A DNA stretch of 64,000 nucleotides, from NCBI RefSeq assembly GCF_048007035.1, contig NZ_CP180355.1, forward strand, positions 1,387,824 to 1,451,823, in the 5' to 3' direction. This DNA is from Imperialibacter sp. GTDB lineage: Bacteria; Bacteroidota; Bacteroidia; Cytophagales; Cyclobacteriaceae. The notes beneath the pieces were generated by a model. The model was not told where the DNA came from. It saw only the letters and a list, made by a program, of their open reading frames with translations, and made no database searches. Positions 30,580 to 40,168 of this stretch are shown here, in pieces (the first letter of the stretch is position 1; each line of letters starts with the position of its first letter). The translations under genes were made by a program, and so were the position numbers.

Positions 30580-31170
30580 ATGATTGAGCAATACACCAAT
30601 TGGTGGGAAACCCTTACTCTGCTTCAGAAAATATACTGGTCGCTGGCAGTTCCATTCACTCTTTTTTTCCTGTTGCAGATGCTGATGACCCTCATCGGCG
30701 GTGGCGATATGGGCGACGATTTGTCTACCGATGCAGAGATAGACGGCGACACCGGCATTCCTTTTCAGTTCCTTACGTTGAAAAACCTTGTGGCCTTCTT
30801 CTCCATTTTTTCCTGGACGGGTATAGCCTGCCTGGATAGCGGCATGTCGGATGGCTGGTCATTGGTAGCTTCCTCGGTCGCCGGGCTGGCTATGATGTTA
30901 ATTATGGCCAGCATCTTTTACTTTCTTTCGAAGGCCGACGAAAGCGGCAACCTGAAAATGAGCAATGCGAAAGGAAAATTGGGTGAGGTTTACCTTACTA
31001 TTGCCTCAAAGCGAAACAGCATAGGCCAAATCCAGATAAAAGTACAGGGTTCGCTGAGAACCCTGGAGGCCATCACCGACGATGAGACCGATATTAAAAC
31101 GGGCAAAGTGGTGAAAGTCAGTGATGTTATAGACAATAATCTACTCTTAGTTACCGCAAACTTTAGCTGA
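30580..31170 (+). CDS. NfeD-family (YuaF/YqiJ-like) membrane protein, a flotillin partner
   Basis: The 196-aa protein has N-terminal TM helices and a C-terminal OB-fold-like soluble domain. It lies directly upstream of a flotillin gene. Confidence 0.65.
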   Translation: MIEQYTNWWETLTLLQKIYWSLAVPFTLFFLLQMLMTLIGGGDMGDDLSTDAEIDGDTGIPFQFLTLKNLVAFFSIFSWTGIACLDSGMSDGWSLVASSVAGLAMMLIMASIFYFLSKADESGNLKMSNAKGKLGEVYLTIASKRNSIGQIQIKVQGSLRTLEAITDDETDIKTGKVVKVSDVIDNNLLLVTANFS

Positions 31171-31172
31171 AT

Positions 31173-32828
31173 ATGAGCGTATTCGCATTACCCGTAGTGG
31201 CCATTGTGGCCCTCTTTATTTTTATCATCCTCATCACATTTTTTAGTCGCTACAAGCGATGCCCCTCTGACAGGGTAATGGTTGTCTACGGAAAAGTGGG
31301 CGGCGGTACCGACGGCCATAGCTCCTCCAAGTGTATTCACGGTGGCGCTGCGTTTGTGTGGCCGGTGTTTCAGGACTACGCTTTTCTCGACCTCACTCCT
31401 AATTCGATAGAGGTGAACCTTACCAATGCTCTCAGCAAGCAAAACATCAGGGTTGACGTGCCTTCCCGCTTTACTGTGGGTATCTCCACAGAAACAGGCG
31501 TGATGGAAAATGCAGCTGAAAGACTGCTCGGGTTAACCAAAGACCATATCCATGACCTCGCCAAAGACATCATTTTTGGTCAGCTGAGGCTGGTGGTGGC
31601 TATGATGGACATTGAAGAAATCAACAGCAACCGTGACAAGTTTCTGGCGAATGTGGCCAGCAATGTGGAAGCAGAACTAAAGAAAATTGGCCTTAAGCTC
31701 ATCAACGTAAACGTAACCGACATCAAAGATGAGTCGGGCTACATAGAGGCGCTTGGAAAAGAAGCAGCCGCCAAGGCTATTAACGACGCCCGCAAGAGTG
31801 TGGCTGAAAAAACCAGAGACGGATCTATCGGCGAGGCGATGGCGCACCAGGACCAGCGGGTGCAGGTGGCTGATGCCAACGCCCTTGCAAAAATTGGTGA
31901 GGCCAATGCAGCACAAAAAGAACGGATCCAAATTGCCAATGCCGACTCCAGCGCTAAAGTGGGCGAGTCAGAAGCTTTGGCGAAAGCCAATATTGGTGAG
32001 GCCGAAGCGCAAAAGACCGAAAGAATTCAAACCTCCGAGGCCAACGCCAGGGCGGTTGAAGGCGAAAACAAGGCCAAAATTGATATAGCCAATTCTGAAG
32101 CTGACAGACGGGAAAAAGAAGCTGAGGCCCTTAGAAAAGCCATGGCGGCCGAAAAGGTGAAGCAAGCCAAAGCGCTGGAGGAGTCGTATGCAGCCGAGCA
32201 AGCAGCGGAAAACGCCAGAGCCCAAAGAGACAAAGCCAGCCAAACGGCCAACATTGTGGTGCCTGCAGAAATCGACAAGCTCAAGGTAGAGATTGCCGCC
32301 GAGGCTGAAGCCGAAATGATTAGACGACGTGCCAAAGGTGAGGCCGATTCAATAATAATGAGGAGAGAAGCGGAAGCCAAAGGTATTTATGAAGTGCTGA
32401 CCAAGCAGGCAGAAGGTTTGAAACAAATAGTGAACGCAGCCGGCAACAGCTCGAAAGATGCAGCGATGCTTATCATTGCTGAAAAACTACCCGAGCTGGT
32501 AAGGCTACAGTCAGAAGCCATCAAGAATATCCAAATAGAGAAAATCACCGTTTGGGATTCGGGCACTGGCAAAGACGGCAAGACGTCGACAGCCAACTTC
32601 CTTTCCGGCATGTACCAGTCGGTACCCCCACTGAAAGAAATCTTTGAGATGGCCGGCCTTGAGCTACCAGCCTATTTGGGCGAAGCAGCGAAAAAGGTAG
32701 CCGCAACGGAAATAAAGGAAACGACCTCAGAGAAGAAGGAAGAAAAACCTGCTGAAACAAAGCCTTCGCAACCAGCAAAGGTGAAAGATGATCCGAAGAA
32801 AGGATTAGGCCCTGCGCCTAAGAAGTAA
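31173..32828 (+). CDS. Flotillin-like SPFH/band-7 protein (YqiK/FloT-like) with a long Ala/Glu-rich coiled coil
   Basis: There is an N-terminal TM helix, an SPFH domain and an EA-repeat coiled-coil region. The many Ala-rich shadow ORFs on other frames are artefacts. Confidence 0.85.
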   Translation: MSVFALPVVAIVALFIFIILITFFSRYKRCPSDRVMVVYGKVGGGTDGHSSSKCIHGGAAFVWPVFQDYAFLDLTPNSIEVNLTNALSKQNIRVDVPSRFTVGISTETGVMENAAERLLGLTKDHIHDLAKDIIFGQLRLVVAMMDIEEINSNRDKFLANVASNVEAELKKIGLKLINVNVTDIKDESGYIEALGKEAAAKAINDARKSVAEKTRDGSIGEAMAHQDQRVQVADANALAKIGEANAAQKERIQIANADSSAKVGESEALAKANIGEAEAQKTERIQTSEANARAVEGENKAKIDIANSEADRREKEAEALRKAMAAEKVKQAKALEESYAAEQAAENARAQRDKASQTANIVVPAEIDKLKVEIAAEAEAEMIRRRAKGEADSIIMRREAEAKGIYEVLTKQAEGLKQIVNAAGNSSKDAAMLIIAEKLPELVRLQSEAIKNIQIEKITVWDSGTGKDGKTSTANFLSGMYQSVPPLKEIFEMAGLELPAYLGEAAKKVAATEIKETTSEKKEEKPAETKPSQPAKVKDDPKKGLGPAPKK

Positions 32829-32834
32829 AACTAT

Positions 32835-32886
32835 AGCGATCCGGGAAGTCTGGTAATCAGCACTTCCCGGATCGCTTTTTCGTTTT
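32835..32886. terminator. Bidirectional rho-independent terminator between the convergent flotillin and NSS-transporter genes
   Basis: AGCGATCCGGGAAGT...ACTTCCCGGATCGCT is a 15-bp stem followed by TTTTTCGTTTT. Confidence 0.7.
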
Positions 32887-34249
32887 AGAATATCCCCATC
32901 ATATTGATCAGCACTAGCCCGATAACCGCCGGGCACACAATGCGAATAAAGAATCGCCAAATGGCTGCCGGAGTGATACCCGCCACAAGCTCTTTCTTGA
33001 AAAATGGAGCTCCCTCAGCTATTTCATCCGAAATCTTGGTGATGTCCATAACCCAACCAGTGTAAAGACAGGTCATCAACGCCACAATGACAATGAAGAA
33101 GGTGCCAAAGAAGAAGTCCATGATGTCCATCACACCCCCATAGGTATTGCCAAATACTGTGATAGAAACATTGGTAAATATGTCGGCTCCGCCACTGGAG
33201 AGTGCAGATGGCAGTCCTACTACTGTGGCGGCAATCCCTACCACCCAGGCAGCCTTTTTTCGGCTCCAGTTTTTGTTGTCGATGAAAAAGGATGCAGGCA
33301 CTTCAATCATTGCAATGGAAGACGTAAGAGCAGCCAGGCAAAGCAGGAGAAAGAAAAAAGCCCCTATGATATTGCCGCCGGCAGGTAACGATTCAAAAAT
33401 GACTGGTAGTATCTTAAAAACCAAAGTGGGACCCTGGTCCGGCTGCATGCCGAAAGCAAACACGGCAGGGAAAATCATTAAGCCACCCAGCAGTGCCACA
33501 CCAGTATCCATAATACCTACCCAAAGACCTGAGCTTACGATGTTACTGTCCTTTGGCAGATAAGAGCCATAGGTGATCATCATTCCCCAGCCGATACTCA
33601 TAGAGAAAAAGGCCTGACCGAGAGCGGCTAGAATAGTCCCTCCTCCGATTTTGCTAAAGTCCGGAACAAGGTAGTACTCAATACCCGCCATTGCTCCAGG
33701 AAGCGTTACGCTCCTGATAATTACAACTATCAACAAAACAAACAACACAGGCATCATGATTTTGGCTGCCTTTTCGATGCCTCCACTTATGCCTCCCAAA
33801 ACGATAAGTGTGGAAGCCGCCATGAATATGCCGAAGAGTGGTAAAATTGCGACCGGATTAGCCCGGAAAACATCAAAATCCAGAGGTATGTCGAACAGGG
33901 CGGTATACATATATCCGATTGTCCAGCCCGCAATAACGCCGTAATAAGAGAGCACAAAGAAGCTTACGCAAAGCGATAATATACCTCCGCCAAAAACCCA
34001 AAACTTACTTCCTCCTGTATCCTTAAATGCACCCACAGGGTTTTTTCGGGAAAAACGTCCAAGCCCCATTTCATTAAAAAGTAAGGGAGCTCCTACCAGA
34101 AGGATGCAGATAAAGTAAACAAATACAAAAGCACCTCCACCATTCTCCCCGGTCAGGTAAGGGAACCTCCAAATGTTACCCAAACCCACAGCGGAGCCTG
34201 CAGCGGCCATTACAAAACCAAACTTACTTCCCCAGTTATCTCTAGCCAT
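32885..34249 (-). CDS. Sodium-dependent transporter, neurotransmitter:sodium symporter (NSS/SNF) family
   Basis: The N-terminal motif GSAVGLGNIWRFPY is present and the protein has 11-12 TM helices. Confidence 0.9.
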   Translation of the reverse strand: MARDNWGSKFGFVMAAAGSAVGLGNIWRFPYLTGENGGGAFVFVYFICILLVGAPLLFNEMGLGRFSRKNPVGAFKDTGGSKFWVFGGGILSLCVSFFVLSYYGVIAGWTIGYMYTALFDIPLDFDVFRANPVAILPLFGIFMAASTLIVLGGISGGIEKAAKIMMPVLFVLLIVVIIRSVTLPGAMAGIEYYLVPDFSKIGGGTILAALGQAFFSMSIGWGMMITYGSYLPKDSNIVSSGLWVGIMDTGVALLGGLMIFPAVFAFGMQPDQGPTLVFKILPVIFESLPAGGNIIGAFFFLLLCLAALTSSIAMIEVPASFFIDNKNWSRKKAAWVVGIAATVVGLPSALSSGGADIFTNVSITVFGNTYGGVMDIMDFFFGTFFIVIVALMTCLYTGWVMDITKISDEIAEGAPFFKKELVAGITPAAIWRFFIRIVCPAVIGLVLINMMGIF

Positions 34250-34546
34250 AGTTGTTTATTTGACCTTCGAAAATAAAGGGAAAATCGTAGGCCTCCATAT
34301 AAGGCATCTCATATTCCACTAGCGGCGGTGAAAAAAGTTGACTTGGCTACGTAACCTCCAGTTGTAAAGTGAAGTCAAAGCGCTAACAAAGAAATGGTGT
34401 TAAATGTCTATACAGCTAAATTTTTAGCATCCTTTTCGCAAAAACCACGTAATTAGCATTATGATTACTCTACTACTACTTTTTCTATTTAGCGTTATCC
34501 TTGGCTGGCTCGGTACTTTTTTCAACGTTTTCTAAGACAAACCGAT

Positions 34547-35572
34547 TTACCGCCAAGGTGGTTTCTGGTAAAAAGTTACATACGTACGGCCGTTAAGCAC
34601 AATCATTGGATCACCGTTTTTGGGATGGTTCCGTTTTTCAAATGTAAATGACTGCGTGCCACCCGATCTGGAACTAGCCACCAACATACTTCCCTGCAAG
34701 CTCCATGTGCCTGCATCGGAGGTCTGCGAACTTGTGCCGCCTGTTGCTATCTGCGTTCCATATTGATTGGTTACTGTTGCACTGCCCGAATTTTCACTAT
34801 AGTATTCGTAGGTGCCGTTTCCGTTGAGAATGATACACTCGTCGGTCGTCCAGCCGCCTGACCCTGTGCTGGTTACATTCACGTAGCACCATTTCCCTGA
34901 GAGTTCGGCAGGAGCGAAACCCGAGCTTGTGGAGACTCCAGCCTGTCCGGCAGGCGGCATATTCCCATCAAATTTGTTGTAGACAAGGCTTCCTCCAGGG
35001 CCAGTCAATGTCAAAGTATTTCCTCCTAGCTGGTACTGAAACTGCACTGCACCCTGTGGAGTGGAAAGTATCACATTGGTGCCCTGTGTTTGGTAGTTGA
35101 AGGAATTACCGTCGATCGCTACCTTGCCGTTGGCCATGAAGTCGAGCACCTGCCCCTGGCTTTCCCACTTGCCAATGATTGAGCCCGCTGGAGGGTCAGC
35201 AGCCTGGGTCGGCAGTGTATTGGCAGTGGCCTGCCTTTCCGCCCCGCTTTTCCCGAATGTGATGGCCGCATCCAAATCGCCTCCGGAAAGCGTCAACTTG
35301 TCACCCACCAGATTATACTGATAGGTCACGACTTCAGTAGCAAATTTGATCGCTAAACTGTTTTCACCTACAGTATAGGTAATAGATTCACCATCAAACT
35401 CTCCAGAACCATTGCTGAGCAGTCGCAAAGTCATGGTGTAACCAAATTCGGTATTGACCCACGTGCCCGGCAGCCCCTGACTTGTCTGTTCTTTTACTTT
35501 CGAACCAATTTGCGCTATTGCGGCCTGGTAAAAAATCAAGCCGACGATAAAAATTGCCCTTTTCGTTTTCAT
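34547..35572 (-). CDS. Secreted hypothetical protein with internal Gly/Thr/Ser-rich repeats
   Basis: There is a signal peptide and no recognisable catalytic motif. Confidence 0.45.
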   Translation of the reverse strand: MKTKRAIFIVGLIFYQAAIAQIGSKVKEQTSQGLPGTWVNTEFGYTMTLRLLSNGSGEFDGESITYTVGENSLAIKFATEVVTYQYNLVGDKLTLSGGDLDAAITFGKSGAERQATANTLPTQAADPPAGSIIGKWESQGQVLDFMANGKVAIDGNSFNYQTQGTNVILSTPQGAVQFQYQLGGNTLTLTGPGGSLVYNKFDGNMPPAGQAGVSTSSGFAPAELSGKWCYVNVTSTGSGGWTTDECIILNGNGTYEYYSENSGSATVTNQYGTQIATGGTSSQTSDAGTWSLQGSMLVASSRSGGTQSFTFEKRNHPKNGDPMIVLNGRTYVTFYQKPPWR

Positions 35573-35668
35573 AGGACTCGCTTTTCCATGAAAATAGTCA
35601 AAAGCGGTTGAAAATCAATGCATAGCAGGATGATAAATTCCTGAAAGTCAAGCCATAAGAAGTTGCGA

Positions 35669-36295
35669 CTAGAGCGGCCGGATAACCAAATTGAAGTCGA
35701 TGGTAAGCTCATCAGCTACCTTTACAAGGCCCATCATCTTTGACGGCGGCACCATCTCAAAGTCAGTAAAACGCAGAGTTTTTGACCCTACCAGATTATA
35801 GAGACTGTAGCTTTTCTCCCAAAAATCGAAATGAACACTCACCTCTCTTTTTCTTCCAGAGAGCTCTATGAGCATCACGGCGTCGTAGCTCGTGACGCCC
35901 GGGATAGTGGATGAAACGGCGTTCAATGACAAAAAGCTCACTCCGATTTCAGGATATATGTCAGCCTGGAGGGTTTCCTGGAAGTCGCTGGTAATCATTT
36001 TGTGCGCACAATCAAAATCGACAACAGGGAGCGATAGTTTGTTTGGCGAAAATTTGATGTAAGAAGCCGTCCGTTCGGAAAGCTCCAGCGTGTCGGTATA
36101 CTGGTACGACGACATCCCACAAGTAAATTGATTGACATTGGAAGCCCCATTAATAACCAGGGTACTGGAAGGCTCAATTACCCAGGCAACCATTCTTTTT
36201 TCATCTCCATTACTGAAGATGAGAGAGTAAAAGCCAATTACTATGAGGAGGAGCTTCATATCAAAAAGAGAAAGGAATGCCCGCTTGGCGGGCAT
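35669..36295 (-). CDS. YceI-like periplasmic protein (divergent)
   Basis: There is a signal/TM N-terminus, and ~180-aa beta-rich domain resembling the downstream YceI paralogue (VINGASNVNQFTC versus VAGTSTMHDWTM). Confidence 0.4.
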   Translation of the reverse strand: MPAKRAFLSLFDMKLLLIVIGFYSLIFSNGDEKRMVAWVIEPSSTLVINGASNVNQFTCGMSSYQYTDTLELSERTASYIKFSPNKLSLPVVDFDCAHKMITSDFQETLQADIYPEIGVSFLSLNAVSSTIPGVTSYDAVMLIELSGRKREVSVHFDFWEKSYSLYNLVGSKTLRFTDFEMVPPSKMMGLVKVADELTIDFNLVIRPL

Positions 36296-36321
36296 TCCGT
36301 AACTAACTCACCAAAAACCAA

Positions 36322-37617
36322 CTAGAAACTAATGGCAGCTTCAATCATGATACCTTTGAACTCGGCATCGTTGTATTTGCCAGTCCAGCCTTCAGTATAC
36401 TGCTGATTAACATATTCTAGCTTGGCAACCACATTGTCGGTCATAAACCAACCACCACCCAGGTTGATCCGGTTAATTTTCTGAGTAGCAGTGGCTGCAT
36501 CCGTCGCTTTTCCACTTACGGCATTGTATCTACCTCCAAGGAACACTTTCTCAGCAGCGCCAATTCTGTAAATCGCTTCAATTGCTGTTTGAGTATATTG
36601 TCCGCTGCCCTGATCTTCGCTGTTGGACACTATTTCATAGATACCGAACAACTCAAGTCCCTGATACTTAATGAATGGATTGATCTGGATAGCAGTCATT
36701 TGTCTGAATCTTGGGTTGAAGCGAGCATTGGCGTACGCACTGGTTGCATTCACTCCGCTAGCTGCCTCGGCAAGTGAGATCAACGTATTGTAGTACCTGT
36801 CTCCTGCTCTATCACCACCGTAGAGGTAAAAGCCTGTAGATAAACCACTGTTCATGTACCAGCTACCAGTAAGTCTAAATCTAAGGTCATCGTTGAACTG
36901 CTTGTCGTAACCCACTTTTCCGTAGAAGGAAATTTTATTGTCGGTGGTAGGCGTAATTACCACACTCTGGTTCAACTTACCATTAGAAATACCCAGCACG
37001 CCTATGAAGCCATTGCTTTGAGCATTTGCCTCAATAAAAGCTTCCGTGGTGAAAGAGTCCATGATATAGTTGCCAACAAAAGGGTTAAATATGGCCCTGG
37101 CATTGTCAGTTCTTCTGAAATGTGCATCACCAAAGTTGATCTCGTCCAAACCTACTCTGAAGGTAACTACTTTCATTAGATCAGATGCAAAACCTGGTTT
37201 GATAAAGTCAAGCTTGTCGATTTGGATGTAACCACCCTTTACCCAGGATTCGTTGTGGTGTCTGGCAGAAAGGTAGGTTCTCAAGTGCATTCTCATACCG
37301 TCAGATAACTGCACGTCAAGGTTAAGGTTGGCTGTTGGGAGGTTTAAGTTAGTACCCAGCTCCAAAAGGCTGTCCAGGGAGTTTGTTTGGTTAATTCCCT
37401 GAAATTCGATGGCAAAGTCACCACCCACTCTCACTTTTAAGCCGTCGAAAGGTATAGTATCTGCTTTTGTAGTTTCAAAAACATTGCGGCCTTTTACGTC
37501 ATTTGTTCTGTAAAACTGAAGGTCAGGTTGCTGAGCCATCAGTGTGCTGGTTGCGGAAAGTCCTAAGACAATCAGTATCCCAAAAAATTTATTTAGCGTT
37601 TTCATGATACGGGACAT
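36322..37617 (-). CDS. Outer-membrane beta-barrel porin-like protein
   Basis: There is a signal peptide, alternating amphipathic beta-strands and a C-terminal ...IEAAISF aromatic terminus. Confidence 0.6.
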   Translation of the reverse strand: MSRIMKTLNKFFGILIVLGLSATSTLMAQQPDLQFYRTNDVKGRNVFETTKADTIPFDGLKVRVGGDFAIEFQGINQTNSLDSLLELGTNLNLPTANLNLDVQLSDGMRMHLRTYLSARHHNESWVKGGYIQIDKLDFIKPGFASDLMKVVTFRVGLDEINFGDAHFRRTDNARAIFNPFVGNYIMDSFTTEAFIEANAQSNGFIGVLGISNGKLNQSVVITPTTDNKISFYGKVGYDKQFNDDLRFRLTGSWYMNSGLSTGFYLYGGDRAGDRYYNTLISLAEAASGVNATSAYANARFNPRFRQMTAIQINPFIKYQGLELFGIYEIVSNSEDQGSGQYTQTAIEAIYRIGAAEKVFLGGRYNAVSGKATDAATATQKINRINLGGGWFMTDNVVAKLEYVNQQYTEGWTGKYNDAEFKGIMIEAAISF

Positions 37618-37633
37618 TTATTGGTTTTTTGAT

Positions 37634-38182
37634 TTATTTAGAAAGAATAATTTCATAGGAGATTGTTACCTCTTTTCCTGTGTTGACGGTGCCAAACATA
37701 AAAGAGGGTGGTTCTACTTTGTAAGCCTCCATATCGAGGGTATAGGAACCTGTGATTTTGTATTTGCCGTTGGCAAGGGCCTCCAGTTTTCCGTCAAGAC
37801 TGATGTCTTTGGTTACTCCGGCAATGGTCAATTGACCTGATCCTTGCAAAAGCGATGCGCCTTTAGATTGAGATGTCTTCAGATTGAATATGATCTGCGG
37901 ATTTTTGTCAGACTTCAGTGCCTTGTAGGCATTGTCATCCATGCCACTCTTGTGACTCTTGAGGGTCGTGACCGGCACGACAAGTTTCAGACCGTCGATG
38001 GTTGCTCCTCCCTCAGCTATGCTTGCGTCAACCTGGATTTCTTCCGAAACCATTGTCCAGTCGTGCATAGTTGATGTACCTGCAACTGTGATTTTCGATC
38101 CCTTTTCTGCCTTAAATGGCTGCCCGGCTGTAGCAGCTACAGTCAGAAATACGAGGGCGGTAATTGTTAGCAACGTTTTCAT
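37634..38182 (-). CDS. YceI-family periplasmic (polyisoprenoid-binding) protein
   Basis: There is a signal peptide and a ~160-aa lipocalin-like domain with a YceI-type TVAGTSTMHDW motif. Confidence 0.6.
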   Translation of the reverse strand: MKTLLTITALVFLTVAATAGQPFKAEKGSKITVAGTSTMHDWTMVSEEIQVDASIAEGGATIDGLKLVVPVTTLKSHKSGMDDNAYKALKSDKNPQIIFNLKTSQSKGASLLQGSGQLTIAGVTKDISLDGKLEALANGKYKITGSYTLDMEAYKVEPPSFMFGTVNTGKEVTISYEIILSK

Positions 38183-38398
38183 GTTTCTAATTGGTTTTGG
38201 TGAAACATTTTGATGATGCTAAGGTATAAGCGGGAGTTAGCGTAGGGTATGATGCCACGAACCGAAAAGAGTGACTTTTGTCACTTTCAACAATGCCTTA
38301 CCAAAAAATTTAATGGAGGTATTCGATGTAAAATCGATCAAATGTGATAAAAAATTCTAAATTAGGATCACTATTTAAAATAATATTTGGCATTAGAG

Positions 38399-40066
38399 TT
38401 ATTCTAGCTTAGGATGTTTCTTGTGCCAGTCTGTAGCATTCTGGTATGCTTTTGCCACCGCCAGCACTGTTCCTTCATCAAATAACCGGCCTGTGAAGGT
38501 AATGCTGGTGGGAGTGCCATCATCAGAAAAGCCGTTGGGCAGCACCACCGATGGGTGGCCGCTAAGATTGGTGACCCGCAGGTTCTTGCCTTCTCTGGAA
38601 GGAGCCAGGTACACATCCACTTTATCAAAAACACTGGTCATGTCCTGGATAAGTTGGGTTCTCAGTCTGTTTGCCTGGATATATTCGACGGCAGGAATTA
38701 ACCGGGACTCCCTGAAGCTATTGGGCCAGCCCCACTTTAACTGGTTCACCAGCTGGTCGTCCCGCCCACTTAAAGTCAATTCCTCAAAAGCCGCTGCAGC
38801 CTCTGCCGAAAGGATGATGGTCATATCCCCAACTGGCTGGTTGGGCAATTCAATTGGTATAAGTTCTGTTCCGAGTTCTTTCAAGACCTGTAGGGCCACG
38901 CTATCCTGACCATAAAAAGCATACTCCCCGTCAAAATCCTCCTTGACGTAGCCAATCCTCAATGCTTTCAAATCAATCGTGGGTTCATAGTAAAAAGGAA
39001 AATCCAGCACCATAGCGTCTTTTCCGTCAGGTCCGCCAATCGCAGCCAAAACAATGGCACAGTCTTCCACATTGCGGCACAATGGGCCTAGCTTGTCCAT
39101 GCTCCAGCTAAGGGCCATGGCGCCGTAGCGGCTTACTCTGCCATAAGTGGGCCTCAGGCCAGTTACACCACACACAGTGGATGGTGACACAATCGACCCC
39201 AACGTTTCCGAACCAATAGCAAAAGGCAACATGCCTGCTGACACAGTGGATGCCGAACCCGCCGATGAACCGCTACTACCCTTCTCGGTATTCCAGGGGT
39301 TCCGTGTTTTACCCCCAAACCAAATATCGCCCATGGCAAGAGCGCCAAGTGTGGTTTTTGCCACCAAAATTGCCCCAGCGTTTTCCAGCCGCTCGACAAC
39401 AGTCGCATCAACCTCAAACTCCTGGTCTTTGTAGGGCATGGCCCCCCAGGTTGTTTTGAAGCCCTTCTTGGACAGCAAGTCTTTGGCACCAAAAGGAATG
39501 CCATGCAAAAGACCTTTGTAGTTACCCTGTGAAATTTCCTTGTCAGCATTTGCAGCTTTTTCAAGTGCATAATCCTCTATGAGGGTCACGATGGCGTGCA
39601 GCTGTGGATCAAGCTTCTTAATTCTGTCTATATAAAACTGGGTAAGCTCAAGTGAGGAAATTTGTTTGGTTCGGATGAGCTCCGCCAACTCTCCGATACT
39701 CATAAAAGCCAGCTCCTCATCAGTGGCAGGTCGCAAGGTTCCAGTGTAATCGCCAAATTTCAACCCTTTAAAATGGCTTTGGTGGCGAAAGCCCAAGGGG
39801 AGCGGATTAAACTGCATGGCTGGCACCACGTCGTTAGCCAATGGGCTCCTGCGCATAGAAAGAAAGCTCTCCCTTTGCGAAGCAATACCCTCAAGCATGG
39901 AGTCTGCTTCGGCACGGGTAAGCGGCACTCCTATCAGTTCACCTGCTTTGATAATATTGTCGCAGCTAATCGTTTCCTCATTTGTTAGCGACACGTACTG
40001 GCCCAGACAAAAGAAGACAACTGCCACAAGAGTAAATAGAGCGACCTTACCAAATACTGCTTTCAT
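38399..40066 (-). CDS. Amidase (amidase-signature family), secreted
   Basis: A signal peptide is present. The AS-family Gly/Ser-rich signature GSSGSSAGSASTVSAG, catalytic Ser context and upstream Lys are present. Confidence 0.85.
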   Translation of the reverse strand: MKAVFGKVALFTLVAVVFFCLGQYVSLTNEETISCDNIIKAGELIGVPLTRAEADSMLEGIASQRESFLSMRRSPLANDVVPAMQFNPLPLGFRHQSHFKGLKFGDYTGTLRPATDEELAFMSIGELAELIRTKQISSLELTQFYIDRIKKLDPQLHAIVTLIEDYALEKAANADKEISQGNYKGLLHGIPFGAKDLLSKKGFKTTWGAMPYKDQEFEVDATVVERLENAGAILVAKTTLGALAMGDIWFGGKTRNPWNTEKGSSGSSAGSASTVSAGMLPFAIGSETLGSIVSPSTVCGVTGLRPTYGRVSRYGAMALSWSMDKLGPLCRNVEDCAIVLAAIGGPDGKDAMVLDFPFYYEPTIDLKALRIGYVKEDFDGEYAFYGQDSVALQVLKELGTELIPIELPNQPVGDMTIILSAEAAAAFEELTLSGRDDQLVNQLKWGWPNSFRESRLIPAVEYIQANRLRTQLIQDMTSVFDKVDVYLAPSREGKNLRVTNLSGHPSVVLPNGFSDDGTPTSITFTGRLFDEGTVLAVAKAYQNATDWHKKHPKLE

Positions 40067-40168
40067 ACCTAGGGATTATATCACAGTTTAATGAATAAAA
40101 TAGAATTCAGCATGGCAAATATTAGCAAGAAGCCATTTATAAATGTGGATGGTTTTCTATTTTTAGCC

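Noticed and set aside
31739-32611. A stack of Ala-rich ORFs on both strands inside the flotillin gene
   Set aside because: They are artefacts of the GC-rich Ala/Glu coiled-coil repeat region of the flotillin gene. The real frame is 31173..32828 on the plus strand.
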